From a virus (taxonomy: Duplodnaviria > Caudoviricetes), in the IMG/VR virus record IMGVR_UViG_3300020577_010873, positions 1 to 64,000 of that record: 64,000 nt of DNA; one strand, given 5' to 3'. This document shows, piece by piece, positions 8,443-19,600 of this stretch (positions within the stretch are counted from its first letter, which is position 1; each line of letters opens with the position of its first letter). A program made the translations under genes and the position numbers. The notes below the pieces were generated by a model that had not been told where the DNA came from, ran no database searches, and saw nothing but the letters and a program-made list of their open reading frames with translations.

Positions 8443-8784
8443 GCGCCCACACTCTGGCCAAGTGCCCGTTCTGCGGGAGCGCGGCGTACACTCAACGGCG
8501 GGCGTCAATGGACGGATGCCCGCTCCGCCCGAGACCTACCCGAGCACGTGGTTCGCCTGCTGCGAGAACGACGAGACGTGCGGCGCCGAGGTCGGGCGGA
8601 GTCGAATTCCATGGCACGAGTTCAGGCGTTGGCCTTCGACCTGCTGAAACAGGCGGAGGAACTTCGCCGGTCGTCGCATCTGAAGTCCAAGCGCAGCAAC
8701 ATGGTGAAATGCTTGGTGCGTGAGGACGAGAAGCGCCGGGTGGCGACACTCCTGAACGACATCATCGAGGAGGCCGCACAATGA
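8439..8784 (+). pseudogene. Lar-like Zn-ribbon gene with two apparent -1 frameshifts
   Basis: CPFCG in frame 0, CCENDETCGA in frame 2, C-terminus in frame 1; both ends ATGA-coupled to neighbours. Confidence 0.5.
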
Positions 8785-9008
8785 AATGCACGGTCCATGG
8801 AGTGGGCGGGAACCTGCACGTCCACCTTGAAGCCGAGACCGCGCAGGATGCGGCGATCCTCGTGTCGCACGCGATCAACGCGGACGCCCAATCACGCCGG
8901 GTAGCCAGCACCTACTCCGACGAGCAGAAGGTGGAGACGGTGATCAATCTCCACCGCCGATCGTTCCCAGGTTATGGGAAGGTCCCCAAAACCAACGTCA
9001 ACGCCTAA
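8781..9008 (+). CDS. Hypothetical protein
   Basis: ATGA overlap. Confidence 0.6.
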   Translation: MKCTVHGVGGNLHVHLEAETAQDAAILVSHAINADAQSRRVASTYSDEQKVETVINLHRRSFPGYGKVPKTNVNA

Positions 9009-9015
9009 CCCCTTT

Positions 9016-9116
9016 CCACCCGTCGCCAAAAGCATCTGACGTCTACAGCACGCGGGTCCGGACTCCGAGCGAGCCGGGAGACACCGGGAAACCGGCACGC
9101 CGCGGGCGACGGGTGG
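9016..9116 (+). ncRNA. Candidate structured RNA
   Basis: Perfect 12-bp closing stem, inner CGCGG/CCGCG stem, two hairpins including CCGG-GAAA-CCGG. Confidence 0.4.
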
Positions 9117-9127
9117 GCCAATTCAAT

Positions 9128-9361
9128 ATGAATACCCAACAAGAACCATTGACACGTGAACAGCGCGACATCCTCCACCACACAGTCCACCGGGCGGCGG
9201 GTGGATTCTACTGCGGAGGCGGCAGGGACATGGACGTTCTGGTTTCCCGAGGGCTGATGCGTTCGGCCGGGAGGAAGTCGTTCGTCCCTGACGAGTATTT
9301 TGCGATCACCGTGGCAGGGCGTGTCGCGCTTCGGGAAGCCCAATCCGCAAGCCTCCCATGA
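9128..9361 (+). CDS. Hypothetical winged-helix-like protein
   Basis: LTREQRDILHH...LVSRGLM...ITVAGR pattern. Confidence 0.65.
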   Translation: MNTQQEPLTREQRDILHHTVHRAAGGFYCGGGRDMDVLVSRGLMRSAGRKSFVPDEYFAITVAGRVALREAQSASLP

Positions 9362-9509
9362 AACCGACCAAGAAGTATGCACGAAAGCTCACACGTGCGC
9401 GTGTGGAAGGCCGGGCGTGAAGATCGTGGACCGCACTTCGGTCTGCGATCGGTGCCTGTCCATGCCGCAGGCAGAGACGTACGTGCGAGACAACTACCGC
9501 AAGTCATGA
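9358..9509 (+). pseudogene. Small Zn-finger gene with one apparent -1 frameshift
   Basis: Coupled start MKPTKK lies in a different frame from CACG...CDRC; both ends ATGA-coupled. Confidence 0.4.
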
Positions 9510-9832
9510 AAGCCGCGCTCTTTCTCGTGATGCTGACGGCGAACGTGGACGCGTTTGCCGCCCAGGTCATCGACGTACACCGGATCGCCGACGCGATCTA
9601 CCGTGCGGAGGGCGGGCGGCGAGCCCGGCCGGCGTACGGGATCAAGGGGGTGAAGGTTCGGAACACCGCGCACGCCCGGGAAGTGTGCATTCGGACGATT
9701 CGCAGCGCCCACGCCGAGTGGGATGGGAAGAAGGACTTCGTTGAGCACCTGGGGCAAAAATATTGCCCTCCCGAAACCGACCCGATCGGGCACAAAAATT
9801 GGGTCAAGAACGTGAAGGAGTTCCTGAAATGA
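9506..9832 (+). CDS. Signal-peptide lysozyme/transglycosylase-like protein
   Basis: Signal peptide MKAALFLVMLTANVDAFA; IADAIYRAEGG...YGI...KYCP...NWVKNV pattern. Confidence 0.6.
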   Translation: MKAALFLVMLTANVDAFAAQVIDVHRIADAIYRAEGGRRARPAYGIKGVKVRNTAHAREVCIRTIRSAHAEWDGKKDFVEHLGQKYCPPETDPIGHKNWVKNVKEFLK

Positions 9833-10128
9833 AGATCATAGCAATAGTGAAGGATGAATACACCAAGACGTACATCGCGGAAGTGACGGACGACGAACTG
9901 GCCACGATTGCCGTTGGAGAATTGCGGTGCGGAGGCAATTACAGGTTCGGCGTCGGGACGGAAGTGAAGGTGGGCGACCACTGGACGCGCGTTAAAAACA
10001 TCGAATCCGCACAGGACAGGCTGAACAGTCTGGCGCAGTCGATCCGAGCGGTTGCCGACCTGCTCGGGACTATCAACGTGGTGGTTCCGCCTCAACCGCC
10101 GTCCAAATCCAACGACGACTGCAAATGA
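9829..10128 (+). CDS. Hypothetical protein
   Basis: ATGA overlap. Confidence 0.65.
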   Translation: MKIIAIVKDEYTKTYIAEVTDDELATIAVGELRCGGNYRFGVGTEVKVGDHWTRVKNIESAQDRLNSLAQSIRAVADLLGTINVVVPPQPPSKSNDDCK

Positions 10129-10277
10129 GCATGACATTCACAGTCTGGAAAAAGGTCGACGTGGAAGTGGTGGCGGTGGACTACGTGATGCTCAAGATCG
10201 ACAGCGGAGGAGTCATCACGAACTGGCCGAAGTCGCCCGACGTGTCGGCCTTCTTTCCGCGGGAGGATGAGCGATGA
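10125..10277 (+). CDS. 50-aa hypothetical protein
   Basis: MSMTFTVWKKVDVEVV...; ATGA overlaps at both ends. Confidence 0.55.
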   Translation: MSMTFTVWKKVDVEVVAVDYVMLKIDSGGVITNWPKSPDVSAFFPREDER

Positions 10278-10630
10278 GCGACATATCCCACGTCCTGTTG
10301 TGGCTCGACGGCCTGGAATACAGGAAACGGAAATCCTACTTAGCTGCGTTGGAGCAATCTAAGCAGGATCTTCACGACACCGTGCAGTCCGCGGTGAAGG
10401 TCATAGCCTTGGTCGCCGAAGTTTTGGTGGTTTCCGTAACCGAGGCACTCGACTTGCCCGCGCCCGGCGCAACCGGGGCATCCGCGAACGGAGCGCCGGC
10501 AGCCGACGGCCCAACGGGCGCCGGGTCGACGAACCGCCGGAAGAAAACCCGCCGCCACCCGATCCCGCGTGGGAAATCGGGGAAGTCACGGCCTGACTCG
10601 GGTTCACCATCGCCCGCCCCGTCGGGGTAG
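10274..10630 (+). CDS. Hypothetical protein overlapping the giant gene in antisense
   Basis: Coupled ATG; 230-bp convergent overlap. Confidence 0.45.
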   Translation: MSDISHVLLWLDGLEYRKRKSYLAALEQSKQDLHDTVQSAVKVIALVAEVLVVSVTEALDLPAPGATGASANGAPAADGPTGAGSTNRRKKTRRHPIPRGKSGKSRPDSGSPSPAPSG

Positions 10631-13600
10631 GAGTGGACGCGAGTGCCTGCGCCGCCGCCGCAACAGCCTTGGTCTCACGCACGACCTCCGGGTTCTCCAG
10701 AACTCCGGAGGTTTTCAGTTTGGCGTACTCGTCGGGCGTGACCGACCGACCGATGGCACGGGTGACGGGTTCGATCGAACTGACGGCCGACTGGACGGCC
10801 CGTTGCCCTGCCCTGTCCGCCTCGTCCTTCGCCTCGACCGGGTTAGTAAAGCCTCCGCGCTCGATCACGCGGTCGTACGCCCGCTGGTAGATCGCCTGGG
10901 CCACGCTGACGAGTCGTTTCTTTGCCGCCTCCCGGTCCTCCGGGTTGGCCTCGGAGAAGGCCAGGGCCGCGCCGAGAAGCTCCGGCTGGAGGGCCGCGTC
11001 CCGCTGGAAGGCGAAGGTGCTGGGGGCGGTTCGGCTCACCACCTGAACGCCCTGCGCGTTCGCGGCGTCACGGATGGCCGACGTGGTTTGCCGGCGTGGC
11101 GTGCCGTGGAAGAAGTTGGCGAGCACGCGACCGAGTTCACCGAACGATCCAAGGATGGACCGGGAGGCGTTGGCGGCGTCGACCTTGGCATCGACGTTCT
11201 TCCCGGTCATGACTTCCATGGTGGCGCGTGCGGCCAGAATTCCGGCCTCAGCGATCTGAAGAAGTATGCCAGGGCCGGGCGCCATGAATCCGTTGCCGGT
11301 GGCGATGCGGTCGACGCCGAGCGACTTTGCCGGGGTCTGGAGCACGTCCCAGGCGATGGCTAGGATCGGTCGATTCCACCACGACTTGTCCTTCGGGGTG
11401 AGTTGCGGGGCGGAGTTGATCTCCCAGGCCGAGACGAACCTGGCGAGGAGGTTCTGGATCCAGTCCCACAGGTCGTCGTCATCGTCCGGGGGTGAGGCGA
11501 TGGCCTCCGCCAGTTCCCGGGCGATGGTCGTCTGCACGTCGTTCATCGCCTGCCGGACGGCCACGCCGAAGTAATAGATTGCGAAGGAGGAGAGCAGCAT
11601 GGAACCCGCGGTGATGGCGGTGTTCATCAGCTTGCGGGTGGCCGATCGGTCCACCGGCTGACGGAACATATCGACCGTCCGACTGACTTCGAAGGTCATC
11701 CAGCCGAGGAGGAGGCTCCGGAGGCCACGGGCGCTCGGACGGTTGGTCCGGGTCGAGGCGTTCCACTCGCTGAGCACGGCGTTTCCGAACTTCGCTCCCA
11801 GAGGGTTAAGCCAGAACCGTCGATTGTCGATTTCCCCACGCGCCAAGGCAGCCATGAACTCCTCCGGGTGGACACCCGCCTCCCGCAGCATCTCGCGGAA
11901 GCCCGCGGAGTTCCCGATGTCGGCGTCGCCTATGGCCCACTCGCCCGTCACGTCGCCCGAGACTTCGATGTTCGCCTTGGCCAGCCGGTTGCGCCAGGAA
12001 TTGGCGATGGCGGTCATGCGCCGGAGCATCAGGGGCACCAGGGTCGTCGCGGCCATCCGGTTGAGGTGCGCGTCGGTGCCGGTGGTTCCGACCTTGCTGC
12101 CGACCGTTGACTCCAGCACCTCGCCCACCTGACCGATGCGACGGATCGTGGCGTTGCCCACGCCCCCGCCCATGTGGGCCTTCAGCCCTTCGAGTTCGGC
12201 ATAGCCGATGCGGCTACCCCACCCGATGGACTGCAACCACTCCATGACCTCCGGTGAAGTCCCAAGGCGAGGGAGATGGATGCCGACGGTCTTGCGCACC
12301 ATCCAGTCGGTCATGTTGTAGACCGCGTAGGACAGGGAGTGGAGCGTCAGTCCGAAGGCTGCCAAGTTGGCCAGAGGAGCACCGATGAGAGGAGTCAGAA
12401 TGCGCCGGGAACTCAATGGTCCACCCACCACGTTCGACAGGCCAACCCGTGGAGCGGCGAGCATGAACGGCATGAGCGCCCCAGTGAACTTCTGGAGACC
12501 GCCCGGTGAGACCGAAGGACTCTGGATGTGCGCCAAGTCCCGCTCGATCGCCTCGGCCACCGCCCGCACCTTGGTTGCCGCGCTGTTCGCCACCTCCTGC
12601 GTGACCTCCACATCGGGTCTGCTGTTGGTGAACCACCGGGCGACCGCCCGAACCTCGTCGTTCATCCGAGGATCCTGAATGTTCTTCAGGATGTCGGCGA
12701 TCGTCCGAAGGTGCTCCGCCGCGGCCTTGCCCGACCCCAACATCGAGACCTGGGAGACGTCGAGCACGTTGGACAGGGCGCCCCGCATGTCGTTGACCGA
12801 CCCGGATGCCCCGTACTCGTACATGGAACTCGGGTAGATCAGCTTCGCCGCCGGGCTGGTGAACTCGTTGGTGTCGTCCTCTCCGGTGTACGTCCCGACC
12901 CGGGTCATGGGCGTGGTGGAGTCCACGCTGGAGGCGCGGCGCGAGCGTGCGACGCGGGCGTAGACCATCAGTTCATCCGACAGGGCCTTGCGGATTGTCT
13001 CGTGCGGGCTGGCGATGCGGTTGTTCGCGTAGACCGCCAGGGCCGACACCGTGTCCTCGAAGGCCGACGCGATCGACGGGGGTGGAACCTTGCCCGACCG
13101 GATGTCCCGGGCGTACTGCTGCTCCAATTCGAGTAGAATGGGGTTGCGCTCGAACGCCAAGTCCGACCGCAGGGAGTCGAGGATGTGGAACCGAACGATG
13201 TCGGGGAATGCCACCCAGGTCTGACTCATGTCCGGGTTCTTCGGGTCAGCCCCCAGGGCTGCCTCGTAGTTCGCCGCGATCTGGCGCTCGATCTCGCTGT
13301 TGACCTTGCGGGCCAGACCGATGTCGCCAGTCTCCGCCGCCGGACGGACCAGCCGGATGCCACGGAGGTTCTCGCGGATACCGCCGTAGTCCTCGGACTG
13401 CATGATCCGCTGGGCCTCGCGGAATAGGTCGCGGTCGAACCGGAGGAGCGTCACGAGCTCCCGGGTGATCGGCTTGTTCCGGAGGCTGGTGTTCAGCAGG
13501 GTGTCGCCCACCGCCACCTTCGAACCGTGCTCGCGGTATCGGTGCGCCACCTCGGCGTAGGCGGTGGCAAGGTCCGACTGGTGGTTGGCGTTGTACGGGT

Positions 13601-16600
13601 CAAGCCCGAGCGACTCGTACGCCGAATGCAGGAGCTTCATCCGGCGGGCGTGGTTCTTCGCCGCGATGGCGTCGAGCAGGCGACCCAACCGGGCGTAGCC
13701 GGCGATGGACTCGGCGAACAGCCGGCCATGGATGCCCGGGATGAGGCGGGGCAGGATGGCTCGGATGGCGAACTCGGTCTTGGCCAGCCAGAGGTTGAAG
13801 ATCTTGTACCGGCTGGTCTTCAACAGGTTGTCCGGAGTGGAGTATGCGTCGATCGCGGCGAGTGCCTTCTCTGCCCCAACGGCCAAGCCGCGGGTGATGT
13901 GAGGCGCGTTCGGAGGGTTGGTCGGGTTGGCCTGGGCCTCCTCCACCGCCTCCTGCGCCGCCTGCCGCCACTCGATGATCTTCTGGATCACCTCGGCGGT
14001 GTACTCCTTGTTCGGACCGATGATGACGCTCTCCTGTTTCGTCCCGTCGGCTTTGATGAACTCCACGAAGTGCAGCCCGTGGGAGTTCGTGCGGTACACC
14101 ATCTCCGCCGTGCCGATGCGGTCGCCCATCTCGCCCCCCGCGAGTTCGACCGCCCTGGCTGCCAGTTGGTGCAGCATCGCGATCGAACGCTGCTCGATCT
14201 CCGCCTCCTGAATCTCCTTCTCCACCTCGGCCAATGTCGCGCTCGCCCCGCTGCGCTCAAGGCGAAGGCGTTCGAGCATGCCGCGGGCGGCAATGAATCC
14301 CTCCCGGGTCGCCCGCTCCTCCGCGTTCAGCGGTTGAGGGTGGGCCAACATACTCTCCCGCGCCGCCTCCACGCGCTCGATCACGTCCAGCATGCGCCGC
14401 TCCGACCGCGAATCCGCCTCGTCCGCCAGCATCAGCACGACGTTGCTGAATCCCATGTCGCGGTTGGCCATGTCCAGAATCTCGCGCAACACGTCATCCG
14501 TGATGCTCGCCCCCTGCGCGACCGCCCGGATCATCGCCACGTTCCGACCGAAAGCCTCGTCCGATGCGACGGGGCGCTCCTGCGAGGGTGCGCCGGCCGG
14601 AAGTTCCCCGGCTGATGCGCTGCCCATGGCGGCGAAGATGTCGCCCGAGGTCATGGCCTCGGTGAACTCCGCGGCCACGCTGTTCGGTTGGGCTTGGCCA
14701 AGGAACACCGCCAGCCGGGAGATCGCGAGCTCGCGCTCCCGCACCTGTTGGGCAACCGACCGGGAGAACAGACCGCCCGAAGCCTCGGCATCCCCGGCGA
14801 TGGAGGTGAGGAGTTCGTGGACACGCACGTCCACATCGCCCTGCTTCGACCGGAGTTCTCGGCGCCGCTGCTGGAGTTTCCGCAGGTTCTTCGCCAGCCG
14901 CTCGGACACCCGGTCCATCCGCTCCCGCATCGACCGCTGAATCTCCAGCGCGTGATGCCCGAACAGGCCGGACGCGACTTCGATGGGGGTGCGCAGGCTG
15001 GGCGACACCTCGTCCATCCCGCGGGGGATGGCACCCGACCGCTCGATCTCGTAGATCGTCTCGATCCACGGCTGGATCTCGGGCGCCGTGAGGGTCGCCC
15101 GCGCGGCCCTGGCTTCAGCCATGCCGTCGGTGGCCCGGCGGATGGAGTTGGCACGGTCGAACACCGCTGGGCGCTCGGTCTCGATGCGGTCAAGCCGTGC
15201 CTGCTGGCGGGCGATGCGGGACTTCAGGGCCTCGATCACGGACGACGATTGCTTGGTCAGGTCGCCCGAGCCGGTGCGCAGGTTCTCGTCGAGGAACCCC
15301 AGCGTCTCCCGGTTCTTGTCCAAGTTGTCCATCAGCGTGACCACCCGTCGCGCTTCAAGTTCGTCCAGCCACGTGTGGTGCGCCTGCACGTCCGACTGGT
15401 TGTGCGGGACCTGCAATGCCTCCAGTTCGGCGATGAACTGCGGGGAGTCGATGTTCAGCCGAATGCGCCGACCGCGTCCGATGGAAGCCGATTCCCCCTG
15501 CTCCGCCAGTTCTCCCAGGCGGTTCTTGATGCGCTGCCACTGGTTGTCCTCGATCGCCCGGGAGATGACTTCGTTCGCCGCATCCCGCAGGGCGTACACG
15601 TCGGACCGCAGCCCCCACACCGCGGCGTTCACGTCCGCATGGACCTGCTCCTGGGAGTCGGTGGCGAAGGTGTAGGGCGTCTCGGGGATGAAGTTCTCCG
15701 ACTGCTTGGCGATTTGACGCGCCACCCGGGCGACCACACGGGCCGTCGGCGACTCGGCACGGAACATCCGGAGGAGCGAGCGCACGAGACCGTAGCGGGT
15801 CGGTCCCTGCATGCGCTGTTCCACCAGCCGGCGGAGCACCGCCCGGCGACCAGAGGATTCACGCACGTCAACCTTCAGGGCGTCCGCCGCCCGCTTCAGC
15901 ATCTCCGGGTCGACCTTGCGGATGTCCTCCCAGGCCGAATCCCAAAAGGCTTCGGGGATGAGGTTGATGCCAGCGTCAGCCAGGGCCCCGAGGAACAACG
16001 ACCGGCGGGCGCCGCGAGTGCGGGGCAGCAGGCGGGGCACCACCACGATCTGACGGAAACCCGGGTCGTAGTAGACAGGCTCTTGAACAAGATCGTCCGG
16101 TTCGTCGCGGAACACGATCTCGGGGGCGCTCTTGTACTCGTTGCGGAACCACTGAACATCCTGCGCCAGCAGCGTCTCTCGGTTCTCGGTGGGAATGATA
16201 CTGAATTTCTGGCCATTGGCTTTCCGCTTGGCCTTAGGCTTCTTAGGTTCGGTGGATTCGGTTGTTTCGATCTCCAACTGCTTGCGCCATTGCTCGGTCA
16301 GAGTCGAACGCTGGGCATCGGCTTCGGCAGTCTTGACCGTAACTCTTGTCTTTTTATACGTCTCAGCATCCCGCATCGGCATCAGCACGTAGGCGAAGTC
16401 GGTTCCCAGGAACGACGCAGGGCCAAGCAATCCTTCGTCCGTTGCCACCCACAGGCTTTGATTCCCCATGCGAGCCGCCGCCTCAAGGCCATCGGCTAGG
16501 TAGTCGGCATTGAACGCTCCGATGATCTTCGACTTCTCCGTAACACCCGACTCGAACTCTCCAGAGTCCGGAACGATCGCCTTAACCCCGAAGTTTCCGT

Positions 16601-19600
16601 CGGAGTCCAAGAACAGTTGCATGGGTTTGGACGACGACTTCCTCTCCTCGCCAACCCAAAGTTGCAAAGCTCCACGCACCATCTTCAAAAGAACAGCCAC
16701 GTCGGCCTTCGCACGCCACTCCGGGTCGGATGGTAGGACTTGGCGCCAGTTCGGGTACTGCGCTAGGTCGGACTTCGCGCCCTTGTCGTCCACTTCGAAC
16801 TTCACTTGCTCGCCGGTTTGCGAGTTGAACTGGTGGACATCGGTGGTGCTTTCTCCCGCAGGGATGACAGCCATCTGACGACCATCGGTGGCGATGAGCA
16901 GCCCTCCGGCGTGCGCAACTCGGTTGACCACTTTGCGCGTCACATCGGTTGATGCGAACACGCCAACCACCTTGACCCGATCCGTGAACGTCTTGAGCGC
17001 CGCTTCCTTTGGGGTCGATTTCTCGGATGTCGACGCCATCTTGGGTTCGGACGAACGCCCATCGCCTTTTGGAAACCGCTTCTTCACCGTCTCCAAGAAC
17101 TTCCGCAGGGTCGGCTTGTCGTTTACCACGGTGAACACGCCGTCGCCAGGAACATCGAATGTGATGCCGGTTGGGCCTTGCCACTTGGCCTTCTTGATCT
17201 GATCCACCAGCAAAACCTGACGCTGGGAAAAGTCGAGTTCATTGGTCTTGCGTGGCACAACACCACCCGGACCTGGCTTTCCGTCAACCGCCAAGTCAAT
17301 CGTGGTGGGAGTCTTGTACTTCTCAAACAGGATTTCGATGCGACTTTGATACTTCTCCAGTGCGGATGCGTTTGCGGTCTCACGGTCGGACAAATTCTGC
17401 ATCTTCCCAGCCTCAAGCTTTGCCGCGTCCCATTCTTTCTGCGCGGCTGCGATCTCGTCGGAGTCTGGAGAACCAACCGATTCCGGAGCCTCCTCCAGAG
17501 CCTTCGTCACGGCTTCAACAAGGTACTCTTTCTGAACCTTCAACGCCTTTGCCGTGCTGGTCTTTCGCTCGTTCGAAGCCTCGGGCTTTCCTTCGACTCG
17601 TTCTTCTTTTCGAAGCTCAGATTCACCCGGGACAGGTGTCGGAGGTACGACTTCTGGAGCCGCGTGTGCCGGAGGTGCCGGCTGTGGCTGTGGCGTCTCG
17701 ATCGGTGCGGGCTCATGGGCCGCGAGCGGTGGTTGTTCAGGGGCAACATTTTGGGGTGCTGGTGTTGGTTCTGGTGTTGGCGCTGGATATGGCGTGGCCT
17801 CGACCGGAGGCAGGAGTTTCAGGCGATCCGATGCGAGCAGGTAGCGACGGCCAGAGGCATCATCGTCCACCGACACGCCCATGGCGTTCCGCTCAAGGAC
17901 AACGCCGGTTCGGCGCACTCCGTCATCGTCCCACTCGACGCGATCACCTTTGGATATGTCCTTGGTGGGAGTTGGTGCGGGCTGCGGGGTGCTTTCGGCC
18001 TTGGCCTTCTTCTGGCGGAGATGGGGAGGTGCGACGCGCTTGGGCTTGCGCCCTTTTGACTCCACGGAATCGGTAGCAGTTGTTCCTCCCTTGTCCTTGG
18101 TAGGTTCATGGGTTTCGGTCTGCCCGAGTTCGGCGTCGAGTTCGGCCTGGAGGTCAGCCTGCTCCTTCTTCTTCTGGATCTTCGCCTCCTCCTTCGGGGT
18201 GGGCGTGGGCTCCGGATGGGCCGGCGCTTCCGCCTTGGGTTCCGAAGGGGATTCGGGAGGCTTCGGAACGGGTTCGGAAGGCGTCTTCGTTTCCGACTTC
18301 GTTTCAACAGAAGGAGCTTTATTCGAAGCAGTTGCCTGTGATTCGGGCGGCTTCGTTTCCTGAGTTGGTTCGGCAACGGGAGGCGCTGGCTTTGGCGGTC
18401 CGAGCGACTTGGCATTATCTCGCGTCTCTGCCGTGCCGGAGAAGTGGGCTGGGGAGGCTCGGCGAGGCAGACCAGTGTCATCGTATGCCGGCTTCAGGAG
18501 CGGGCTATCGGATTCAAGGTCAACGTACCAGACGTTGCCACCATTCATCAGGGCATACCCTTCGGCGTAGTCGCGCGAAGCAGTCCAATCTCCTGACGCC
18601 TCTTTGAACCCGCCTCCGTGGTAGACGCGGACCTTGCCTTCAGCGATCGGAGGTTCGTCGCTTCTGGGGCGGTTCACTCCACCATCGAACGGTCGCTCGT
18701 CTTTCTGCGGAGTCGCTGGTGCGGGCGTGGATGCCTCGACCGTCGGTGCCACCGGAGGCTTAGGAGACTCGGCGGTGGCTGGGGCTGCTTTCCTGTTTTG
18801 GATCCAACGCTCGAACTCCGACGTCATGTCCATGCTTGGAATCCCAAGCTTGGAACGAACCGCAAGGACGATCGGCTTCTTATCCTGGGGTGTTGCGTAA
18901 CCGGGTACTACTATCGCGTTCGCAATCTCAAGAGCGGTTTTCCTTTGAGCTGCAAGCGACTCAATCTCGGGAACCACTCCGGCCTTTTGAGCAACGTCGA
19001 ACAGGCGTTTAATTTCATCATCAAGCCACCCAGGAAGATTCGATGGATGTGCGGATTGTGCGGGAATAGTTTCCGCACTTTGCGGAGACGCGGCCGGTGC
19101 GGCAGGAGCAGGTGTCGAAGCTGTCCCCGGCGCTGTGCCGGCCGCGTCAAGAACCGGAGGAACCGGCTGTGTTACTTCTTGGTCTTGGACTTGGGACTGC
19201 ACTTCTTGGCCATTTGGGATCACCCCCTTATTTCGAACGATACTCCGTGCCAGGATACGGCCAGCCACGGGGGCCGGTGCCGGACCGAGCTTCGGGAACC
19301 ATTCGGAAAGCTTTGCGCGGAGTCGGTCGACCGGCTCACGCCACCACTTCTTTTTCTCGTACAGATGGGCGATGTACTCCTCGGGGATGTCGCGCCCGTT
19401 GTACCGGCGGGCGAGTCCCCACACGTCATCCCGCATCTCCTGCGACCGCCCGATTTCCTGCGCGGCGAACTCGCTGATCTTCGCCTGACCCTCGGGAGTG
19501 TCCGCCGCTTGGTGAAGTCCCTCGTGCCGGGCGACCTCGCGGAGCCGCTGCGGATCACGGATGGACCCGCGGAAGAACACGACCTTCTTCGACTGCTGGT

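Noticed and set aside
9036-9092. Hammerhead ribozyme (CTGACG...GAAAC)
   Set aside because: The core is CTGACGT, not CUGANGA, and the stem spacing does not fit
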